Shown here one piece after another: positions 55,040 to 64,000 of a DNA stretch of 64,000 nucleotides. This stretch comes from Octopus sinensis (Eukaryota): contig NC_043000.1 in NCBI RefSeq assembly GCF_006345805.1, forward strand, positions 53,320,001 through 53,384,000, given 5' to 3'. Position 1 is the first letter of the stretch. Each line of letters begins with the position of its first letter. The position numbers were made by a program, and so were the translations under genes. The notes beneath the pieces were generated by a model, which was not told the DNA's origin, made no database searches, and saw only the letters and a program-made list of their open reading frames with translations.

Positions 55040-55330
55040 ATCAGTAGACTAAAAGATGTAAGTGTTCCCACTGATAAAAATATATCGGTAAAAATCTTGA
55101 CAAATTAAGTAAATATAAGAACCTGCAAATTGAAATAGAAAATATGTGGCATCTTAAAACGAGAACTGTTCCTGTTATTGTGGAAGCCCTAGGTATGATA
55201 AAAAAAAGGCCTGTCAGAAAAAACTAGATAACATCTAGATAACACCCTAGGAGAACCATGTCTCAGATAAATTCAAAAGATTATACTGACAAGTACTGCC
55301 CATATTCTTAGAAAAACCATATCAGTTTAA
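55040..55330 (+). mobile_element. 3' REL-endonuclease fragment of a third R4/Dong-like LINE
   Basis: DVSVPTDKNISVK..KLSKYKNLQIEIENMWHLKTRTVPVIVEALGMIKK..IQKIILTSTAHILRK. It starts at an (AAT)n tract. Confidence 0.85.
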
Positions 55331-55588
55331 ATGTCTGTGTTGTATTGCTTGAAAATATTTCGCTACTACCTCTCCCACTTAACCTTCCCAAGCTTTCCGT
55401 CATACTGTAACAGCTCTTATCCTTCACTCGCTCTAGGACGCTGGATGTGTCTCGGCAAGTGATTGTAACAAACATGCAGATTAAAAGTAACGATGAAATC
55501 AATTGAGTTTTCTTTTTTAACAAACATTTATTCTTTTCGTACACAAGCAAAAACAAACGCTATTCTTACTATGAAGGATAAATGTTAA

Positions 55589-57902
55589 CCCATTAGCGCC
55601 CATGGTCCTTTTTTAGGACCAGAAGGATAACCTATCATATTTCTGCAACATCTGTATTTTTCTGAGATATCTTTAGTTAGTTATCAAGACTGGAGTGTCT
55701 TTCAAATATTACACATAATATCTGATGTATATTAGCAACAGTGATGTCTCAGTTTTCATTACAGTGTGAAAATCTTGAGGGAAAGGATACACTCAGTTTC
55801 AACTGTGATTCAATCAAAATGTTTTTGGTAAGAAGTACTTATATTCAACCCATATTTGTATATAGTATAGATAATTGTTCTAACTGTCCTTTGAAATTAA
55901 TTTTGCTCAAATATAGCATGCTCTAAAAGTTTGGTCCTAATACAAGTACCATTGTCACTAGAACTCCACTTTTCTCTGTTTTCAATGGATGTTACATAAA
56001 AGAGAAAATGCTTTGCAGGAGCAAACTTTTTTATGCAGTAAACATTTTCTATGTATTGACAGCTGTGAAAAACATATTTTTTATTTGTTATTTTCTTTCT
56101 TTGTTATTCTTATTTTAGTTTTATTTTCAGATACTCTTCCATGGTTTTCTATCATTCAGTTAAGTCATTCTATTCACTTCATGAAGCAGTAAATTATGCA
56201 GAGGAAAATGAGTCTCCTAGTGATGAAAACTTCATAGATATTGTTGCAATTTCTTCGCCAGTAGATGAACTAACTGATGAAGAAGACTTTGATGATGAGA
56301 CTTTAGATGATGAGAACAGAGATCCGACCTTTATCTCACAGGATGTGCCAGGAAATGTTGAGCTTCATCGTTTTGATAATGAAGAAGAACTAACACAACC
56401 TAAAAGAAAAAAGAATGTGTCTGAAGACCTTGAAATTCCGATTATTCGAAAAACGATGCCAAGAAATAGATTTCTAAGCATCAAAAGGTTTCTTTATTCG
56501 TGGACAATGAAAATGCATAAATCTACAAAGATGATAAATGATTTAAAGTTAGACCACTTAGCTAATGCTCTGAACCAGAAGTTCAAGCAGTTCGAAATAT
56601 TCTCTAAAAAACTGTCAGTAGATGAATAGATAGTAAGTCAAAATGGAAGAAGCTCCCTAAAACAATTTATAAGAGGTAAGCCAATAAGATTTGGTTTCAA
56701 GCAGTGGGTAGCTATTGTTTTAGAATAGATTTATATGAAGGACAGCAAGAAAATTCTACTTCCAATACCAAGAACAATGACAATCTAGGTCCAAGAGTGG
56801 GTTTATCAATGACCAATCACCTAGAGAACCCCAATGATCATGAAACTTATATCAACTTTTTCTCAAGTTGTAAAAATGAAATCCTTAGGAATCAGAATGA
56901 CGGGTACAATGCTTTCACACAGAACATTAAGATGTCCCCTGAAGGATGTCAAATCCCTGAGAAAGGAAAATCGTGGATCCTATGACTACAAATTTGAAGA
57001 AAAAAAAATCTTTTTTTAATGGCATGACAACAGCGTTTTCACAATCGCAAACAATCACAGTCTCCCACCCCTGTTGGAAATACTAAAAGATGGTCAACTA
57101 GCCATAGAAAGGAAATATTTGTTCCTCAGCCATTTCTCATATCCGATTATAACAAATATATGGGAGGTATCGACCACCTAGACTGGCTATGCCAAAGGTA
57201 TCGCAACTTCGTTAATCTAAGAAGTGGTACTTTATTCTATTCACAAATTTCCTTGATGCTGCAATGGTTATTTCCTGGACTATACATTGTTTTGCATGCA
57301 GAATTGCTTTGACATTACTAGATTTCAAGAGTTCAGTTACACAAGCTTATTTGGAGTTATCCTCTGGTTCTGATCCCAAAAAATCGGGACGGCCAAAGGT
57401 ATTTTCTTCAAAAGTATTACCAGAAACTAGATTTTCTACTACTGGACATATTCCTGATTAGAACAGAGAGAGGGAAACACAGAAAATGTGTATTTTGCAA
57501 CAAAAAAAGAAGTTTTAAAACGATGTGTAAAATGTGATGTCTTCATATGGGTGAATGTTTCAAGAAATGACATTCGAAGTAAACTGTATTTAGATTGTTC
57601 AGAAAACAAATTACTTTTTATTCCTTTTTTTAAGTAATATGCATTTCGTTCGAAATAATAAGTAAAGACACGAATGCTTTCTTGTTTTTATTTTCCTTTT
57701 TGAAATCACGTATTCAACTTTTAAAACCTTGCTTTTTGAACAAGATACTATATATGCCCATGGTCCTTAAAAAAGGACTAAATTAAAATGTATTTTTCTT
57801 AGCATATTATAATAATATTTTTTATATATTTAGTGTCAGATAAAGTTGTATAAAAATAAGATTTTTGGAGATAAATTAAAGAAACAATTGGGCACTAATG
57901 GG
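55589..57902 (+). mobile_element. piggyBac transposon, both ends intact, transposase decayed
   Basis: TTAA TSDs at 55585-55588 and 57903-57906. 14-bp TIRs cccattagcgccca / tgggcactaatggg (1 mismatch). Subterminal palindromic repeat gcccatggtcct..aggac at 55598 and 57756. Confidence 0.95.
56141..57582 (+). pseudogene. piggyBac transposase pseudogene (PGBD2/3-like)
   Basis: Acidic N-terminus, MPRNRFLSIKRFL, LSVDE, LKQFIRGKPIRFGFK, WHDNS, YNKYMGGIDHLD, C-terminal C..C..C..C..H..C domain. It has stops, frameshifts and an internal deletion. Confidence 0.9.
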
Positions 57903-59409
57903 TTAAAAGGGATTGTTTTTTATTGTTCTTGGTGCAATTGTCATAGTATTAATAAAGTCAACTACTAGGCGTTGTGTTACTACCACTGATAGATCATTAT
58001 GTAGATGTCAGCTCGGTCCAGCCGCTGTCTACGTCTGTTCGCCGTCCGTCTACCGTGTCGTCTCTACTGTGTTTCATGCTCTCATTGCTATATTCCAAAG
58101 TTTTCTGTCGATTTTATACTGATTGATCGGCTCAGAAAGAGCACGCCAAAAGTTGAAATTGTCACTAGAGGCTATTCCACGAGAAGTCATGATGATCAGA
58201 TTTAGTTGATAACGTGGGTAATATTCTAGCAAATTGCAACATCGGATGGTTGATGAATGTTGCCGCTACAATAACAATCCTTTATATTAGAGGTTCAAGG
58301 CTTGACATTAGAGGAAGAGGGATAATCGATTTCACTGACCAACAAAAAGTTAAGAGGTAAAGTAGGATTCGGTAGAGTTTGAAATCAGAATGTAAAGACA
58401 GAGAAAATATCGTAACCGTTTTGTCAGGCGTGCTAGTGATTCTGCTCACTCACAGGCGAATAATAAAAACAGTAATGGCTTTCAAGGCCAAAAATGTTTC
58501 TTTTCGATTTGCTACAAAGGTTTTATGACAAATAAAACGTGTTGTACAACTCACATTAAGGCCTTAATTTTCATAAATAAAGAGCTATGACATATATGGA
58601 TAAGAAGAAGCAGGTATCAATGAAACATACATACAAGTCATTAAAGAACGGAAATCATCTCACACTCAGAAGAAACGTCATCGAGTTTAATCAGCGTACT
58701 CTCTAAATTTAAACCTTTCTATATTTCCCACTTCTATGTACCCTACATCCTAGTACACAGAATTCTCTGCCCCGAAAGTCCCTGTGACTATTTCAGGGAT
58801 GAGTATGTAATCGAGAACCCACAATCACATGTGTTCTAAAGTATAACTATTCGTAGACTGTAGAATTGTTTTTTCTAAGCAACCTATCGCTTGCTTGTTT
58901 CACATAGCAGAGGCCTATCTCTTAAATCTGGACTTCATCTTTTCTATCATCTTCCTGAAGATCTTTAAAAACACTCGAAGAACTATGGACCTTGCACGCA
59001 CTAACATTATCGACCACTATATACCGCCTAGCTAAACTGATCAAGTTTGTCAAGCAAAATACATGAGTTAACGAAGGTATCTCTACATGGAACACGAAAT
59101 TTATAGAAATAGTGACCAAAACTCTCTCACATCAACCACATGTCACCTTAAAAAGGAATAAAAACATTGGTTAATGTTGTCACATAAGCTATATCTGACA
59201 CAAACAGCGGTTCGCCATGGCTGGGTTGTCTTTCAATCTGAGTCTACTTCATCACGGCTAACTGGATAAATGACAACAACAGCAACACATATAAGCGCTC
59301 ATCCATATGCAAACAAGCACTTAAGTTTCATAATTCTCATATGTATTGTGGACTACCTGCAAAAGCAGTAGAAGCACAGTGATTTATGTGAATATATAGT
59401 ATATAACTC

Positions 59410-59410
59410 A

Positions 59411-59458
<48 letters not shown>

Positions 59459-59491
59459 ACACACACACACACACACACAAGCACACATACA

Positions 59492-59542
<51 letters not shown>

Positions 59543-59589
59543 ACACACACACACACACACACAAGCACACATACATATATGTATATATA

Positions 59590-59636
<47 letters not shown>

Positions 59637-59655
59637 AATATATGTGTGTATGTAT
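59410..59655. repeat. (TA)/(CA) compound microsatellite with ~85-bp tandem duplication
   Basis: gcactaacacacac..aagcacacatacatatatg occurs twice (~59453, ~59537). Confidence 0.9.
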
Positions 59656-60252
59656 GTTCTCTGTGTTTTTGTTTTCCTTTGCAAGGTAGTAGAGTGCCAT
59701 TTGAGAGCAATCTGGCTGTAGTTTTAACAAAATTGCATGATGATTTATAGGACTTATGTTTCGTCTTTTTTCTAATACGTATAAACTGCACCATAAAAAT
59801 CGAAGTTTGAAGATAATGTGCTTTCAATCTCCTAAAAAATAAATACAGGTTTCTTTTCAACATTTGTTCACAACTTAGAAGCACTGAGCCAATGAGAAAC
59901 ATGCTAAGGAATCGCTTTATGTACTAAATTTAGCTATGAAAACTCCTTCAAAACTGTGAGATACATTGGTGAATGCAATTCTAAATGCACAGTACATGAG
60001 TGAAGTACAGGATGAATATAAATGGAAAGCCTTCGACTATAACTCTGCTATTCAAAACAACAAAGGTAAGAAACAAGAATTCCACCTATAGGCGTGTTTA
60101 TGAATACGAATGAATGCGGGAACCCTTGTATCAATAACGTAGAATTTACAGTCAGCATATGGAAGAGCTTGTTCAAGCAAAAAATTGCTGGATCCAGTGC
60201 AATATTGTATTTTATAAGGTGGATGTAACGCAAGTTCTTGTTAACAAATATA

Positions 60253-60283
<31 letters not shown>

Positions 60284-61450
60284 CTGTGTATGTATGTATG
60301 TGTATGTGCATGTGTGCGTGTGTATTTGTGAGTGGTATAACACTGAGAATTGATGAGCTATGTATGACTGGTACCTTTTTGAAAACGATTGTGTTTGCCG
60401 TAACTTGTCGTATATAGCATGAAATTTTGGTTGCTAGTTGCTTAGCAATTTGGAGGTTTATCAAATGTAATGTCAGCACAGTGAAAATCTTCCTTTGTAT
60501 AGAATAAAGTTGGCAGAACATTTTGTTCAAGATATTGGTGATCTTCTACTTCTATTACTTTTATGATGGACTTGTCATATATAAATAAACTTTCTTTGTT
60601 GTTAACTTGGACAGAAATTCTTTCAATTTCTTCTTCCCATTATGGATACTTGCCATTGTGATATTACTGATTTCAATTCCATGAATATGTTCAATAACAG
60701 AAATTTTCAGTAATGGAACTTTATGGGATCTATTGCGACTCACTACCTTTACAGGTGAATCGGAAACCTTTTTTTCCTCTGTGTGAATAGATTTTGAACA
60801 CTTTTAGTATAGTATCACCGTATCAATTTATTTTATAAATACTGGTGTACCTATTGTGCTTTAAATCTTAATATAATTCTTTTAAAATCTCACTCTGCTT
60901 GCCTTTCAGTGTGTCCTATGAGGATTACAACTGTAGCCACATATCACAGCTTTTACCATGGTAACCATTAATTCATTTAATTCTATTAGAATTTGGTAGG
61001 TTTTAATGTTTCTTCTATCCCATTCATTGAGTGAGCAATATGAAGAAAAATATCTGCCTAAAATATTTTATGGTAACAAGAAAAAGAAAAGTTCTACTTG
61101 TGATTACTATAATATATATTCTCTTGTGCTTCGCTAAGTGTATCTATGTTTATTTCAATAAGCTTTGTGTGTAGCATCTCCGAACTTATACCAGCAAGTG
61201 ATAAAATGTATTGATTTTTCCACTTCTTCTTGTCCTCCTTGTCTCATATACGTGTGATATATGTCTAGCTTTGCATCTACTTTTCTTATTGTTCATATTT
61301 AATATTTATCTAATGTTCATAACAATTCTTCTAGATGTTTCTTTTAGTTTTTGTCTTTGGTAGTATCATCATGACAGGTATCTATTTTGCGAAATAAATT
61401 AATAGAATAGATAAATGACTAAAATAAAATGAGTGTTTTTATTTTCAATT

Positions 61451-63544
61451 ATGAGTAAGTACGCTTAACAATTACATTTCAATTTTTGAAAGAAACGAAA
61501 GCTTACATCTTCTTTAGAACATTTATTTCCTTTTAATACAACAAGCTAAAGAAAGAGTCTGAAAACATTTTGTAAGAAAGCATCGAGAATTTACGTTTTG
61601 CTACAAATACTTTTAGATCAGTGAAGGTAAGGCAGCTCGCATTATTATTTAGCCCTTAGTAAGACCTAATCGAGCAGATATGTGGTCAAATGTATTCCAC
61701 CTTTGCCATGCGTTGCTTTGTTTCTTATGTGATAAGATATGATTTGAAAGGGATTTCCTTGCAGGTTTTAATAGTAACGTTGCAAATATTACTTCATTTA
61801 CTTTTCTCTTTGCCTGTTGTTGTTATTGTTATTGTTGTTATTCAGCCTTGGCCATCCTGAGCTATTATTAAATTCGTCTCACATATGACAATCATATTTC
61901 TTATGTGTATCTAGGACTACAGCATTTGGTTACTTCTCATAAAATAAAAAAATAATTGAATTTAGTTTCTATTTCTAGCAAACATGACTGCGGTACAGAA
62001 CCCCTTCTTAATGCTGTAGAGAAAGGCGAGATGAGTAAGTACGCTCAACAATTACATTTCAATTTCTGAAAGAAACGAAAGCTTACATCTTTAGAAAATT
62101 TATTTCCTTTTAATACAACAAGCTAAAGAAAGAGTCTGAAAACATTTTGTAAGAAAGCATCGAGAATTTACGTTTTGCTACAAATACTTTTAGATCAGTG
62201 AAGGTAAGGCAGATCGCATTATTATTTAGCCCTTAGTAAGACCTAATCGAGCAGATATGTGGTCAAATGTATTCCACCTTTGACCATCACATCTTTTATA
62301 TCAAACCTTACTCTCTTTTACTCTTTTACTTGTTTCAGTCATTTGACTGTGGCAATGCTTGAGCACCACCTTTAGTCGAGCAAATCGACCCCAGGAGTTA
62401 TTCTTTGTAAGATTAGTACTTATTATATTGGTCTCTTTTGCCGAACCGCTAAGTTACGGAGACCTAAACACACCAGCATCGGTTGTCAAGCGATGTTGGG
62501 AGGACAAACACATACACACACACACATATATATACATACATACGACGGGCTTCTTTCAGTTTCCGTCTATCAAATCCACTCACAAGGCTTTGGTCGGCCC
62601 GAGGCTATAGTAGAAGACACTTGCCCAAGGTGGCACGTAGTGGGACTGAACCCCGAGCCATGTGGTCGGTAAGTAAGCTACTTACCACATAGCCACTCCT
62701 ACGCCCCAATTAAGGAGTGGCTTATATTTTACGGTATGCCTTCATGTTTTTGTTTTGTTTTGAAAGATGGTAAGTAGTGATCTGATGAAAGTGAAGATTG
62801 GCTGCTATATCTAGAAGGTCGAAACCATATGAGAGTTCTAGATGGTACATTATCTACTTAGGAAAATATTTCTGAACAAAACAATCTAAAAAATTCTGAT
62901 AAAGACTGTCTCTGCAAAATAGCAAACTTATGAATATGTTATCTTTTAAATGTTGTAATAATATTATTGTTCCTGTGTCGCACAGAGAAGTTTGAGTAGA
63001 TCTGTGTAGAACATTTAGTGAACCAAACTATTTTTCTTGATATTCTAAGATTCTGCATGGCTGAGAAACATAAGCACGTTCTCACATACAGTGTTAAATT
63101 GTATCAGTTTATAAATTTCGTAATGTATTCACATTTTTCAACACAAACTCATCTCAAATCATGCAAATTGATTATCAAAGGCCATCCAACCATGATCTTA
63201 GCTTTCGCCAGGTGCAATATACCCACAGCATGCCATGCGTTGCTTTGTTTCTTATGTGATAAGATATGATTTGAAAGGGATTTCCTTGCAGGTTTTAATA
63301 GTAACGTTGCAAATATTACTTCATTTACTTTTCTCTTTGCCTGCTGTTGTTATTGTTATTGTTGTTATTCAGCCTTGGCCATCCTGAGCTATTATTAAAT
63401 TCATTTCAAATATGACAATCATATTTCTTATGTGTACCTAGGTTACTTCTCATAAAATAAGAAATAATTGAATTTAGTTTCTATTTCTAGCAAACATGAC
63501 AGCGGTACAGAATCCCTCTTAATGCTGTAGAGAAAGGCGAGATG
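61451..63544 (+). repeat. Complex direct duplication X-Y-X'-Z-Y'
   Basis: X 61451-61705 matches X' 62031-62282. Y 61704-62033 matches Y' 63231-63544. There are few substitutions and small indels. Confidence 0.93.
62309..62705 (-). mobile_element. SINE family 1, full length, interrupting a family 3 repeat
   Basis: Collinear with 9293-9705. Confidence 0.9.
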
Positions 63545-63666
63545 GGTTCTGTAACAGCATGACAAGTGCTTTTTCCTTACACTTAACATTGGAAATATTT
63601 TAATGTAATTTTCCTCAAAGTAAATAGTTTGATGAGTAATTGGATAACATGAAGTACAACACATAT

Positions 63667-63995
63667 GCACAAGCATGGCTGTATGGATAAGGGGCTTCTT
63701 CTACAATCATGTGGTTTGGATTTCCGAGCCTCTTTGCAGGAAGTTGGGTAGGTATCTAACACTATAACCCCAGGCCAAGCAAAGTGCTGAGTGTGAATTT
63801 GTTAGACGGAAACCATGACTATGTAAAGACCCGTCATATGTACATGTTTGAGTATGTGCCTTTGTGTTTGTCTCTGCACGGCTTGTCAGCTATTTTTGAT
63901 TTGTTTATGTCCCTGTATCATGGTAGTTCAGCAAAAGGAGATAAATAAATGTTAGTGCTTAAAAAACTATAAATGAACTGGCATTGGTTTTCTCA
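63667..63995 (+). mobile_element. Highly diverged SINE family 1 copy
   Basis: catggctgtatggataag..ttgggtaggtatct..actataaccccaggcc..gaatttgttagacggaaac..tttgtgtttgtc..gttcagcaaaagg. Confidence 0.65.
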
Positions 63996-64000
63996 ACTAA

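Noticed and set aside
59880-60790. Possible decayed coding sequence or exon (DTLVNAILNAQYMSEVQDEYKWKAFDY.. ending at gtaaga)
   Set aside because: In-frame stops upstream, a weak acceptor and no recognisable domain.

Overview
AT-rich, microsatellite-dense eukaryotic DNA, intergenic or intronic. The repeat families resemble those I recall from octopus genomes; this is an inference from repeat content. No host protein-coding gene can be supported, apart from one weak candidate exon at 6028-6137. The window is a layered transposon landscape. The standout is a near-intact Penelope-like retroelement (RT + GIY-YIG, Naiad-like, 39553-43070). It is bracketed by 261-bp inverted pseudo-LTRs, each carrying a non-canonical minimal hammerhead-like fold, and it sits in a (TA)n tract. 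Other retroelements: two CR1-group LINEs whose 3' stem-loop is shared, with compensatory changes, by an abundant CORE-like tRNA-SINE; R4/Dong-type REL-endonuclease LINE pieces at (TAA)n tracts; an L1/Tx1 remnant; and a second tRNA-SINE family that includes a 401-bp higher-order tandem array. DNA elements: a piggyBac with both ends and TTAA TSDs, two mariners, a maT-like element, a MULE remnant and a MITE. Two local rearrangements were found: a 274-bp inverted duplication and an X-Y-X-Z-Y templated duplication. Most short ORFs in the supplied track are microsatellite or antisense artefacts. All alignments and folds were done by eye, so coordinates may be off by a few bases.
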